NCBI GenBank assembly: GCA_964016885.1
Contig: OZ024759.1
Coordinates: 31,186,001 to 31,250,000, forward strand
Source of the DNA: Eledone cirrhosa
Lineage: Eukaryota
Length of the DNA: 64,000 nucleotides
Direction: 5' to 3'
Shown here: positions 41,448 to 55,025 of the stretch, piece after piece
How the letters are laid out: the number at the start of each line of letters is the position of its first letter
Position numbering within the stretch: the first letter of the stretch is position 1
Translations under genes and position numbers: made by a program
Notes under the pieces: model-generated
What the model was told of the DNA's origin: nothing
Databases searched by the model: none
What the model saw: only the letters and a program-made list of their open reading frames with translations

Positions 41448-42971
41448 CTCTTATATATTTCAATGATGATGTTGCAGATGTGCAACGAAAGAACTTTGTT
41501 AGACTATATATATGTATTTATATCTGTATTTTTTACCATTGGCAGTCAATTATAAACATTGATATATATATATCCAGCTGTAGAAATCAAGCCAGATCAG
41601 TTCCTGTATGAGCAAGGCATGGTCAGCCGACCAGACACTGCCCACAACAGGACAACCCGTCTAACCCATGCTAGCGTGGAAGAACGGACGTAAAACGGTG
41701 ATGATGATGATGATGATGATATACACATACACACATATAAACACATATACATACATTATATATGTATGAGCATTGTGGTAGTGGTCCACTCTAATAGTCA
41801 TCTAATTTGGATGACTATTATATATATCTGTACATTTATATATATATCTACATATATATATATAGCATGTCATTATAGTGTTTTGAGCTGCACCACCACT
41901 GAAACATTTGTAGCAAAAATAAACTCATTTTAAACTAATCTTTCTCTCTTTCTCTTTCTCTTTTCCTCTCTCACACACTTTTAGTATTTATATTCGGCGA
42001 TCCTACTCGACACCAGGTAACAGTCATTTTCTAATCAATGTATCAACCCTGCTTTATATTGGAATCACTATTTCGTATTGTGTGCTGAACACACAATTTT
42101 CACATTTGATTCTGATCATTGTTTCCCTTCTTTAGCTAACTATTGTTCCTATATCTCTGAGTAATATAGCTAGGTTATTATGAGGTCAATCTAACCCAGC
42201 TAGCTGATTTCTCTATGCCAAAGTAATCGGCCTTGAAACACAATAGAAATCCAAAGGCTGAAAGTCAAAGTGAATTTTACATGGATACATGTAAACATAT
42301 GTGATTTCATTATATAATAAATCAGCAAGCAATGAAGAAATTACTCGCACTTTCCAACTGACGAATTCATAATAAATCTCAATGTAAAACAAGAACTAAG
42401 TCCACATTTGCAAATACTGATATTATTTCCTTTCTTATTCTATGCAATTTTTCATCAAATATTTCTAATTGTTTCCTTAGGAGTTATTGGTATTTGATAT
42501 TCACAAAAGAACGACATACATACAGAAGTGAATCATAAATTTTATATGAGTGAATGTAATTAATTTCTCATATATATTGGAAATAGATAATTGAGATTAT
42601 TACTTGCAGTCACTACACACACTATAATGACAGATAACTGAGATTATGTGTTGGCATATCTTTTACATATCTTATTTCTTTTGAAATTACTAGGCTTCAT
42701 TATAATATTCATTTTGTAGTTGTTAGGTAATGAATTGACACAATCTTCAGAATGTCGGGTAGAATGTTTTACGGTATCCATTCCATGTATTCCTAACTAA
42801 TTTCTCAGGGATATTCACTGTATCTTTTACATATCATCCCTTCTTTGAAATTGCTAGACTTCAAGATCATAATTCATTTTTGCAGTTATTAGATGGTGAA
42901 TTGACAGTCTTCAGAATGTTGAATAGAATGTTTTATGGTATCCATTCTGTGTACTCCTAACAGATTTCTCA

Positions 42972-43410
42972 AGCAATGTTGCATGGCAGTGAGACCTGGG
43001 CATTGTGTGCAGAGGATATACGCAGACTGGAGAGGAATGAAGCTTGCATGCTCCGCTGGATGTGTAATAGTAATATACGTGAACGGCAAACCATAAACGA
43101 ACTAAGGGAAAAATTAGAAATAAGAGGGATCAGATGCTGTTTACTCGAGAGAAGACTACGTTGGTATGGTCACGTGATGCGCATGAAAGACGACAGCTGT
43201 ATAACAAAGTGCAGGGCAATAAAAATAGACGGTAGCCACGGAGTAGGCAGACCCAGAAAAACCTGGGACGACTTGATAAATTCCGACCTCACACACTTAC
43301 ACCTCTCCAAGACAATGTCACTGGACCGAGAGCTTTGGCGCTACACAGTAATAGAGAAGACCCGCCTTGCCTAAGTGCAAAGTGAAACCTACTACAGTCA
43401 CCTCTAACAA
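42972..43410 (+). mobile_element. RTE (BovB-like) LINE 3' fragment
   Basis: MLHGSETW...RRLRWYGHVMR...GRPRKTW. Confidence 0.9.
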
Positions 43411-43416
43411 AATACA

Positions 43417-43770
43417 CGCCTATGAGGGACTGGTGTCCTGTTCAGGGGGAGTCTTGTACTCTCAGCTGCTTAACACTACAGACACGGGAATCAGCACAGG
43501 TCCGATGAGCCTCCAGAGTCGAGAGAGACTTTAAACCTGCGATAGACTGGCATACTATCCAGGAGGAGTCTTGTAGTCTTTGTCACTTAACACTAAGGAA
43601 AGTGAGATAGGTATCGGTCTGATGATTCTCTGGGCTCAAGACAAACATTAACCCTGCGATAGAGTGGTGTCTTGTCTGGGTGAGTCAAGTACTAATAGTC
43701 GGTTAACACCCTGGAAACTAGGATAAACAGGGACCTATAGAGCCTCCAGGCCTGAGACAGGTTTAGACAT
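43417..43770 (+). repeat. Three tandem ~117-bp copies of a V-SINE-like 3' segment
   Basis: Units resembling CCTGCGATAGACTGG...CAGGRGGAGTC...GATGAGCCTC start at ~43417, 43534, 43651. Confidence 0.65.
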
Positions 43771-44043
43771 TTTTTTATATTTTAGTTCAAATGTAAATTC
43801 CTTTCTACTAAGATTTCTGTAAAAACAAGATGTCAAAGTGAGATGTATTTAATAGAACATTGTATTCTACTTAAAGACATCATTGTGTAGATAACTCATT
43901 ATAGAGACTTGAGTAGCTAAGGAAAACGGAAACATCAAATTCAATCACATTTGCATCCGTATGATTTTCAGATACACACACATATGCACACACTGGCACA
44001 CACACAATCACATACTTACATTTATATATAGGTTTCAAAATGC

Positions 44044-44076
<33 letters not shown>

Positions 44077-44116
44077 GGAGGGAGAGAGGGGTGACCCAAG
44101 AAGAAGTGTGTGTGTG

Positions 44117-44147
<31 letters not shown>

Positions 44148-44175
44148 AATAATGTGTGTATATATATATAAATAC

Positions 44176-44227
<52 letters not shown>

Positions 44228-44295
44228 AGAGAGGGGTGACCCAAGAAGAAGTGTGTGTGTATATATGTGTATTCATTTCGTGTGTGTGTATAATA

Positions 44296-44348
<53 letters not shown>

Positions 44349-45319
44349 CAAATATACACACAAACACATATGCATATATATATACGCAAGTGCTTGTCTA
44401 TGTATGTGCGTCCACCCTCTTGTTTAAGAGACGCAAGTGTGGGCGTCTATCATGCAGAGATATATGGCACAAAGACATTATCTTGATGGAGGTTAAGTAA
44501 AACGATATTATTTAAAAAGGACAAAAGGCAATGTGGGTGAAGTAGAGAACCTTAAGAGGCAAAGGGGGCGGGGGGTTGTGTTTATATTAAGGTGAATCAC
44601 TAGAGTGTTCCACAATTTCTTCAGTGAACCATATTAGAATATATCGGTACATTTCTAACATAAATCAAATTGCTTAACTTCTATCTCCTCCCATCTTGGG
44701 AATGTTTCAATGTTCCTGCAGAGATTTTCTATCCAGTAAATGAATAATTCAATGACCAAAATTTAAGTAGGGTCAAATATATATATATATATATATCATC
44801 ATATATCATCAACATTTTGCGTCCGCTTTTCCCTGCTTGCAAGGGTGGGACGGGAACTGATTCTGGCTTGATTTCTACAGCTGGATGCCCTTCCTAACAC
44901 CAACCTCATTTACAGTGAGTGCTGGGTGCTTTTTTGCCGTGGCACCTCCACGACCATTTCACAGTAGAATGATATGGACCCCAGTCCCTATCATCTCATT
45001 TCTACAGCTGAGTAAACTGGAGCAATGTGAAATAAAGTGTCTTGCTCAAGGAAACAACACATCACCCGGTCTGAGAATTGAACTCACAACCTTTCGATTG
45101 CAAGGCCAATGCTCTAACCACTAAGCCATGTGCCTCCATATTAGTATTGGTGCTCTGAAATAGCGATGTATACATGAATGTATGTATAGTATATTTGGGA
45201 ATATACGGTATGTTTAATTAAAAACATTTAGAAGACCATTCGCTCTAAATGTTTTTAATTAAACATAAGGTATATGCCAAATATACTATACATACATATA
45301 TATATATATATATATAGAT

Positions 45320-46063
45320 ATGTAGATAAATCTACCAAAATGTACGGTAGTGTCCAATCCGTATGAAGAACTAAATGTAATCCAAATATCATGAAAAGAG
45401 AAGATGTATCCAAATTTTTTTCGATGAAAAACAGGAAAACAGAGTCAAGATAAATTAATAAGAATAATGAATAAAAACAAAGAAACAGTTCCTTATATTA
45501 AAAAATTCATCATTTTACGATCGTTTCTAGGATATATATGTGTGTGTTGGTATGTATATCATATAGATCTATGTAAAATGTTTACAAACTATCAGAGGGA
45601 ATATACATACCTACACATATATATGCTGTCTTCAGAAATAATGATATTTGTTTATTGAAAAAAACCAACAAAGATTTAATATAATAGGTCTGTTTGGGAA
45701 CAGGTTTTGAATTGACCAATAGAAAGGTAGTAAGTGGTCAAGATGGTAGAATAGTAGTAATGGGACTTTAATTTAGGGGTAGAGGAAAGCAGACTTCAGT
45801 TTTGAATGGAAAGAGTATTTTGGATGAACAGATTACTTTGGGGATGAAAATAGGTCAAGTTGGTAAAAGGTACAAGAAAATTTGAAGACAGCATATATAT
45901 GTGTAGGTATGTATATTCCCTCTGATAGTTTGTAAAAATTTTACATAGATCTATATGATATACATACCAACACACACACATATATATCCTAGAAACGATC
46001 GTAAAATGTTGAATTTTTTAATATAAGGAACTGTTACTTTGTTTTTATTCATTATTCTTATTA

Positions 46064-46069
<6 letters not shown>
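45320..46069 (-). mobile_element. Large head-to-head HHR insert between (TA)n arrays
   Basis: ~185-bp arms 45450-45633/45884-46069, 250-bp spacer, unique tail 45320-45449. Confidence 0.8.
45510..45641 (-). ncRNA. Type-I hammerhead motif with 101-nt stem II
   Basis: Minus: TTATTT-CTGAAGA-(101 nt with basal ATATATATGTG/CACATATATAT helix)-GAAA-CGATCG-TA-AAATGA. Confidence 0.7.
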
Positions 46070-46147
<78 letters not shown>

Positions 46148-46278
46148 GTGAGTTTTTTTTTACAAAATGAAAAATAACCGAGGTGTCCTACACAAGTGAA
46201 AGTATAAAGAAAAAGAGATGAAATCGAAAATGCAACTGGAGTCTTATTTTTTTTTTAAATATATATATTTATTTGGTT

Positions 46279-46316
46279 CCTTTACCGGTTTCGCAGTTCT
46301 TCTGCTTTTCAAAAGG
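46279..46316 (-). ncRNA. Minimal type-I hammerhead motif with U3-A8 core variant
   Basis: Minus: CCTT-TTGAAAA-GCAG-AAGAA-CTGC-GAAA-CCGG-TA-AAGG, AATAAA a few nt downstream. Confidence 0.7.
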
Positions 46317-46353
46317 TGAGTTGAGATGGAGGGTCTGTGGTTTTTCTCACATC

Positions 46354-46384
<31 letters not shown>

Positions 46385-46844
46385 GTGTGTGTAGAGAGAG
46401 AAGTGGGATTGATTTTTCAAAGGGGATCAGGAAGAAATCACTGTTGATTTCATACAAATGAAACAGTTCTAGTCCCATAGGAGGCATTTCTATATGAAAT
46501 ATATGTATATATATTGTTACATATATGTATTGAGTACATATTGAAATTTCATACATATAGTATGTACACCTGTAAGTTTTCCCTCCGTACTGAAATCCCT
46601 ATTTGTTTAATATTACTATGGACAGGAAGTATCAGTAGAGTATCAGACAACATGTTTTGCAGCATAGAGTTATGGCCCTTTATGTTCAGAGTTTAAATCC
46701 TGCCATTGTTAGCTTTGCTTTTCATCCTTCCAGAGTTGATAAAATAAAGAACCAGTAATACACTGGAGTCGATTTAATCGACTTTCCCCACCCCCAAAAT
46801 TGCTGGCCTTGTGCCTAAATCAAAAACCATTATTATCATTAAAT

Positions 46845-47115
46845 TTTGTTCAAATGAATATCAAGCCACTACCTGCATCCTCAGATATTCAGGACGTATC
46901 GGAGGGTTCTTGCTGTTCCCAGCAAGCATGCCTTTTGAAGTGTTCCAAAAAGCGGGGCTGGACTAATTTTCTTTAACCATCCTTGGAAACTCTTTGAGAT
47001 AGTATATAGTGCGCCTATGAGAATCAGGAAGACTCTGACTTCATGGCAGTTCCAAATCCATTTTACCTCCCACTTTAAGTCCTGGTTAATTTTCTCCCTC
47101 TCCTTTTCTTTATTA
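46845..47115 (-). mobile_element. R4/Dong-like non-LTR element 3' end (RLE endonuclease C-terminus)
   Basis: QDLKWEVKWIWNCHEVRVFLILIGAL...LQKACLLGTARTLRYVL*. Confidence 0.75.
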
Positions 47116-47177
47116 AGTTTCACCTGGAAAGGAAGATGAGGGTGGAGAGAGAAGTGCTGCCCCCCCCCCCCCCAGTA

Positions 47178-47530
47178 CATTTGCTAAAAGGTGGATGAAT
47201 GTGGCGAGAATGGCTTGTGTGAATGGGCCTACTCTGACCATGCGCCTATAGGCTAACTAACTTGAGGAGAGGGGTGCTCTCCCTGGGTGCCCTAGAAGCG
47301 CAGGGTGGTTCAAGATTGGTGGGGTACCCGAGTCACCCCAGGGTCGTCCACCCCTATCGGGGAATTTATTTTGTTATATGTATGCATAGTTTATTTTATA
47401 TTTTTATATCTTCATTGTTAAATTAGTCTTGCCATTGTACACTTTTACTCAACCTTATTGTAAACCCCCACTGTCCCTGTCTTTGTATTGTCCCCTACAT
47501 GTCGGCCCTTGTGGCTAATAAATGAAATCA
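47178..47530 (+). mobile_element. Probable L1/Tx1-like 3' end
   Basis: FAKRWMNVARMACVNG...* then GC-rich and T-rich UTR with AATAAA. Confidence 0.4.
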
Positions 47531-48417
47531 TTATTAGTATCGGTAGAGGGTCAGACACCATGCTTTCCAGCATAGTTTCGTCCCTTTATGATCTGAGTTC
47601 AAATCCCGCCGAGATTGACTTTGTCTTTCATCCTTACAGGGTCGATAAAATAAAGTACCAGTAATGCACTGGGTAATTGCTAGCCTTGTGCCTAAAGTAG
47701 AAACAATTATTATTATTATCTTTATTATTATTATTATTATTATCAGTAGCAGTAGCAGCAGTAGTAGAAGTAAAGGTAGTGGTAGTGGTAGCTTTGTCGT
47801 CATTGTTGTAGCTGATACTCTGCCATTTGTTACTTTTGTGGAATGTTTTCTTAAGAAATAATTTGTCTTTAACTCTGCCGATGCAATTGTAAAAAGAGAA
47901 TGCAGAAGAGCAGTGCAGTGAAGTGCAGTGCAATGCAGTGACATTAAGGTAAGTGCAATAGACAATTGAATGTTTTAGGAGAGCATAACTGAGCTTGGGA
48001 AGAAAAATAAGTGAAGTGGCAAGTTGTCACATGGCTTTTAAAGGGAATTATGGAATTATGTATGAAGACTAAGAAGAAGAAGAAGCTAACCAGTAATGGG
48101 AGAAAAACGAACATAATATTGGAGAAAATATCTTTCCTCCTGTAATTACAATTGTAATTTTAGCAATAAATAATGAGATAGAAAATCAGACATTTTTAAA
48201 AGAAGGAAGAACATACAAAAAATTATAACCAAAAGACAAACAAAAAACTAAAACAAATGAAATAAATATGTAATGATTTTTAAAGTTAATAAAAAATATA
48301 ACTATTGCTTGATAAAATATCATATGTCAACAACTATGAAGAGAGAGAAGAGAGGGTAAAAAGTTGTAATAATATATATTTTGTTATCTATGGTTATGAA
48401 AACTGAAATACTCTTTT

Positions 48418-49215
48418 GCTTTCTTCTCATTCTTCTCATTCTTCGTCTCCTTCTTTGTCTTCTTCTCCTCTTCCTTCTTCTTCTCCTCCTTCTCCTCCTC
48501 CTTTTCCTCCTCCTTCTCATTCTTCTTCTTCTTGTCATTCTTCTTCTTCCCATTCTTATTCTTATTCTCCTCGTCCTTCTCATTCTTCCTTTTCTTCTTC
48601 TCCTTCTTCTTCTAATTCTCCTCCTCCTTCTCATTCTTCTTCTTCACTCACATATTCCTGAGAGGGTTGTTTGGGCAGATTTGGCAAGCTATCCTTCCAG
48701 TGGGTCCTGTCAGAAGCAACATCTCCAACTGGTCTGGCTGGATCCCCAAACAAGACCATGGATGCTATCCAAACATTTTGCTTGAGGGTCTACCCCTGGG
48801 TCTCCTGCCGGTTGGTTTTTGCCCATAAAATATGTCCACCGATTTTTTTTCCTGAGACATTCTGACCGCATGTCCATAGTAATCAGAGCTGTGATCTCTC
48901 AATTTGAAGAAATAGCAGCTCTACCTGGAGTGATTCTCTGATCTCCGAGCTACACATGTTAGCAAGTAACATTACTCCAAAGACCCTTCGAAGGAATCCC
49001 ATTTTCACCGCTTGTATCCTAACCACATGTCTATGATATCGGAGCTGTGATCTCTTAATTCGGAGAAATAGTGGCTCTACCTGGAGTCACTCTCTGATCC
49101 TCGAGCTATGCACTGTATCAACTAACATTACACCAAAGACCCTTCGGAGGAATCCCATTTCGGCTGCTTGTATTCGCAATCGTATTCTTTTGGTCATTAC
49201 CCAAGATTCATGACC
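48418..49215 (-). mobile_element. RTE fragment (family B) with expanded (GAA)n tail, flanked by ~170-bp direct repeats
   Basis: Homology to family B at 48650-49215; direct repeats at 48244-48416 and 49240-49410. Confidence 0.85.
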
Positions 49216-49893
49216 AAAAAAATAAATCAAAAGAAAGATAAAACTAAAACAAATGAAATAAATATGTAATGATTTTTAAAGTTAATAAAAATATAACTAT
49301 TGCCTGATAAAATATCATATGTCAACGACTATGAAGAGAAGAAGAGAGTGTAAAAAGTTGTGATAATATATATTCTGTTATCTTTGGTTATGAAAACTGA
49401 AATACTCTTTAACTGAGAAAATCACGAAATCAAAAACACAGCTGTCTCTATATAAAAATCTAAATGTAAATCGGTTGGTAGGTACACATGAAATAAATGA
49501 ATATTCAAAGAGATAAATACAGGAACATTCCAGAATTATTATGGAATATATGCCATTGTTATAAGTCTTTTTTCTTTTGTTTTTGTACTTTTTCTTTTGT
49601 GTATATATTTATATATATATATATATATAGGAAAATGTTTAACCCCGACGGCAGAGCTCAAGTCGTTTCAACGGCTATTTCTGGACCAGAAATTTCTGGT
49701 CCAGAAATAGCCGTCGAAATGACTTGAGCTCTGCTGTCGGGGTTAAACATTTTCTTATTACCCACTCTACTACCCTAAGTATTGAGTACTCTGGTGCGTT
49801 ATGGTCCATCTGATTCCTTACCACACCTCCTTCATTATATATGTATAATGATATATATATATAATCATATATATATTATATATATATACCTAC

Positions 49894-49933
<40 letters not shown>

Positions 49934-50894
49934 CCAGCGCACACTATAAAGTGATCGTGTAGGTGTCATGACAAAAAGCACCCAGCACACACTGTCAATG
50001 TGGTTGGCATTAGGAAGGGCATCCAGCTGTAGTAAACCAGCTCCAAAACGCCCAGCCCACACTAAAGAGGACATGTAAAAGACACACCAAAAAGCACCCA
50101 GCACACACTATCAATGTGGTTGGTGTTTGAAAGGGCATCCAGCCGTAAAAAAACAGCCAGAAACTCACCTATATGAGCGAGTCACGGTCACCCAACCCAA
50201 CTTGCCTCTAATTGTGACCCGTCTAACCCATGCTAGCGTGGAAGATAGACATTAATCAATGATGATGATGATATATATACATATGTATATATATAAAAAA
50301 AACGAAGGAAGTATGGTAAGGAACCAGGTGGACCATAATGCACCAGAGTACGCAATACTTAGGGTAGTAGAGTAGGTTATAGGAAAAAAGTCAGGACCCC
50401 GATAGCTAGATCCAACCTGTTCAGACCTAGCTGTCGAAACAGCCAGAGCTCAGCCGTCGGGGTCCTGACTCTTTTCCTATATATATATATACATAAATAT
50501 ATACATACATAAATATATACATACATAAATATATACATACATAAATATATACATACATAATTATATACATACATAAATATATACATCATCATCATCATCA
50601 TCATCATCATTTTACGTCCGCTTTTCCCTGCTTGCAAGGGTGGGACGGGAACTGATTCTGGCTTGATTTCTACAGCTGGATGCCCTTCCTAACACCAACC
50701 TCATTTACAGTGAGTGCTGGGTGCTTTTTATGCCGTGGCACCTCCATCTCATTTCTACAGCTGAGTAAACTGGAGCAATGTGAAATAAAGTGTCTTGCTC
50801 AAGGAAACAACACATTACCCGGTCTGAGAATTGAACTCACAACCTTTCGATTGCAAGGCCAATGTATGGCCAATATATGTATATATATATATAC

Positions 50895-51013
<119 letters not shown>

Positions 51014-51963
51014 CATATATATACATATATATATACATATACATATATATACATATATATACATATATATATACATATATATATATATACATATATATAT
51101 ACATACATATATACATATATATATACATACATATATATATACATACATATATACATATATATATACATATATATATACATACATACATATATACATATAT
51201 ATATACATATATATATACATACATACATATATACATATATATATACATATATATATACATACATACATATATACATATATATATACATATATATATACAT
51301 ACATACATATATACATATATATATACATATATATATACATACATACATATATATATATACATACATATATACATATATATATACATACATACATATATAT
51401 ATACATACATATATATATACATATATATATACATACATATATATATACATACATATATATATATACATATATATATATACATACATACATACATACATAT
51501 ATATATATATATATGTGTGTGAATGAAAGATGATGTAGTTGAAAATAAATATATATATATATATGTATATATGTATATATATTCATTTCAACCACCATCT
51601 TTCATTTTATTTTTTTTCCTTTATAAACATTCTGTTAGAAAACACTTAAGACTATTGTTATATAAACCACTTTGTTATCATAAGCTTCGATCACAGAAAT
51701 ATCATGACAGAGAAATGTAATAAAAATGGCAAAAACAATACATGAAACGTTTGGTAGAAAAATGAGAATATGCAATGCAATAAATGAGAAAATAAAGAAA
51801 AAAAGTCAACTCACAAATTCCCATATATATTATATATATGTGCGTCTGTGTGTGTGTAAATACACATGTATGTATATAAGTATGTGTATATAAATATATC
51901 TGTATGTATGTGTATATATATATGTGTGTGTGTATGTATACATAAAATATGTATATATGTATA

Positions 51964-52042
<79 letters not shown>

Positions 52043-52045
<3 letters not shown>

Positions 52046-53608
52046 CAAGCATGTTTTGCAACGTGAGGACCAGAAACAGGAGGCGTTCAAGATTGTGAGG
52101 CAGTGTGTCAGAGAGAATTGTGATGTCGTTGGAGAGAAGTGTATCCGGAATGATAAAGGTGAGCTTGCCCTCACAAGTGCTGAGAAGAAAGATGCATGGA
52201 AGAGTCATTATGATAGATTACTAAATGAGGAGAATGCATGGGAAGAAGAGACTATACCCCAAGTAGACCCTATAGAGGGGCCAGCAGTACAAGTCAGCAG
52301 CAGGTTAGTAAGTAAGGCAATCAAAGATATGAAGATGGGGAAGGCAACCGGTCCATCGGATATAGCTGCCGAGATGCTGAAGGCATCTGGGTCTATAGGT
52401 CACACTATAACCACACGTATTGTTAACCAGGTAATACTAGAAGGTGTCATACCAAAAGATTGGTACAGTAGCATCATTGTCAACTGCTACAAAGGTAAAG
52501 GTGATGCACTCGATAGAGGAAACTATAGAGGTATAAAGCTGATGGACCAGGTCATGAAAGTAACAGAAAGAGTTATAGCACAGTTGATTAGGGACCGGGT
52601 GAAACTAGATGAGATGCAATTTGGGTTTGTACCAGGAAGAGGCACCACTGATGCCCTCTTCCTTGTGAGGCAGTTACAGGAAAAGTACCTAGCTAAAAGT
52701 AAGCCACTCTACCTGGCATTCGTCAATCTTGAGAAAGCCTTTGACAGAGTTCCACGTGCTGCAATCTGGTGGGCTCTTAGAAAACTAGGAGTAGATGAAT
52801 GGCTTGTGAAAGCTGTACAAGCCATGTATAGGGGAGCAGTCAGCAAAGTTAGGATTAGCAATGAGTATAGCGAGGAATTTAGCATACAGGTTGGGGTCCA
52901 CCAGGACTCTGTTCTTAGCCCCCTCCTGTTCATCATAATCCTGCAGGCAATAACGGAGGAGTTTAAGACCGGATGGGAACTCCTGTATGCTGATGACCTC
53001 GCACTTATAGCTGAATCTATGGTAGAACTAGAGAAGAAATTCCAAACTTGGAAGCAGGGACTAGAAAGAGAGGGTCTCAAAGTCAACATGACAAAGACTA
53101 AGGTCCTTGTAAGTAGACGAGAAGACAGAACCCAGATCCCCTCAGGGAAATGGCCTTGCTCAGTATGTAGAAAAGGTGTAGGTAGGAACTCCATTCTCTG
53201 CCCCAAATGCAAACAATGGGTACACAAGAGATGTAGTGGGATCTCAGGAAGATTAATTAAGAATGTAGGCTTCACATGCAGCAGCTGTGCTGGGACAGCA
53301 AGCAGCAAACAGCCACAGGAAACAAGTACCACCAATCTCTGGGAGGGCTCTGTAGAAACAGTAGACAGCTTCTGCTACTTAGGTGACCGAATTAGCAACG
53401 GAGGTGGATGTTCAGAAAGTACAATAACTAGAGTAAGAATGGGATGGAAGAAGTTTAGGGAACTACTACCACTGCTAGCTGCAAAAGTTCCTGAATGAGC
53501 AAGGCATGGTCAGCCGACCAGACACTGCCCACAACAGGACAACCCGTCTAACCCATGCTAGCGTGGAAGAACGGACATAAAACGGTGATGATGATGATGA
53601 TGATGATA
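52043..53608 (+). mobile_element. RTE-clade LINE RT fragment (480-aa ORF 52056-53498) fused to a SINE-type 3' end
   Basis: NYRGIKL, QFGFVPGRGTTDA, AFVNLEKAFD (catalytic D to N), GVHQDSVLSP, YADD, FCYLG; C4HC3 finger; (TGA)n tail. Confidence 0.95.
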
Positions 53609-54599
53609 TTATATTATATTATTATATGTACAATATAATATATATGTATATGAATATATAATGTATATTTATATATATATATATTATATTATTATATTTA
53701 TTATATGTACAATATAACATATATGCATATGAATATATAATCTATATTTATATATATATATATATATATATATTATATTATTATATTTATTATATGTACA
53801 ATATAACATATATGTATATGAATATATAATGTATATTAATATATATATATCAGACCGGGTGATGTGTTGTTTCCTTGAGCAAGACACTTTATTTCACATT
53901 GCTCCAGTTTACTCAGCTGTAGAAATGAGATGATAGGGACTGGAGTCCATATCATACCACTGCAAAGTGGTCGTGGAGGTGCCACGGAAAAAAAAAAGCA
54001 CCGAGCACTCACTGTAAATGAGGTTGGTGTTAGGAAGGGCATCCAGCTGTAGAAATCAAGCCAGCACCAGTTCCCGTCCCACCCTTGCAAGCAGGGAAAA
54101 AGCGGACGTAAAATGAAATGATGAAATGATGATATATATGCGTGTGTGTGTGTATAATTTATCAACTATAACCAGTGTAGTTCAAGAGAAAATAATGATG
54201 ATAGTCAATACAAATAAATGTTGATTCAGTGGTGTATGGTTAGTGATGTAGACGTAGAAACTTTGACAAAGAGAATAACTTAGCAGTTAATTGCTGAAGT
54301 AGTTGGATATTTTAAGACAATTAACAAACTTCTTCGACTTCCTACTGTTTTTTGTGGGGCGTTTTTGTCTTTGTTGTTGTTCTTTGCTATGTCTTAGTGT
54401 CTGTGTTAGTGTTGTATTTTTTTTTTCCCTCTCAGAACTCTTGTCATTTATTTTGGCGACAATATTTCAGCATACATTCACATATTATTGGAATATGTTT
54501 TACTTAGAAAGCTTATGTCAAACCCACAGTTTCAAACGAAGAAATAATTGGAAAGATTATTGTTGAATTAGTATATTGGTATACATTTTCACCTGATAT

Positions 54600-55025
54600 T
54601 GGAGCTCACCCTTTTTTAAAGCTCTGACAGATGAAGAAAGGCAGTGATATATGACCCTTTTTTAAGAGGCAGCAACAAACACGAAATTCTCCCTAACCCA
54701 GCTACCTAGTCCAAATTCTTGTAGAGGATTTCATTGAATTCATCCAGGGCCTTTTTTAAAGATCGGTTGTATGAGAAAATGCAGTGATACATAACCCTTT
54801 TCTAAAAGGAAGGTGAGAAGTTGTCATTAAACCAGACACCTGGTCCTAATAGATGAAGTAATGTGGATATCATTGAATTCACCCAGGGCCCTTTTTAAAG
54901 CTCATTTAGATGAAGAAATGGAATAATATATGACCTTTTTCTGAGAGGAAGGGAAGAAGTTGTCCTTAAACCATAGATCTGGTCCAAATGTTCATAGTAG
55001 TGTGGATTTCATTGAAATCACCCAG
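54600..55025. repeat. Diverged ~140-bp tandem repeat x3
   Basis: Recurrent CTTTTTAAAG...ATGAAGAAA...ATTGAATTCACCCAGGG. Confidence 0.8.

Noticed and set aside
47833-47873. Minus-strand micro-exon candidate
   Set aside because: Weak donor (GTAACA), 41 nt, no recognisable homology
48320-48785. Poly-Arg, poly-Leu and poly-Ser ORFs
   Set aside because: Expanded (CTT/CCT)n tail of an RTE insertion
52709-53335. 208-aa minus ORF (also 27013-27549)
   Set aside because: Antisense shadows of the RT and transposase coding sequences
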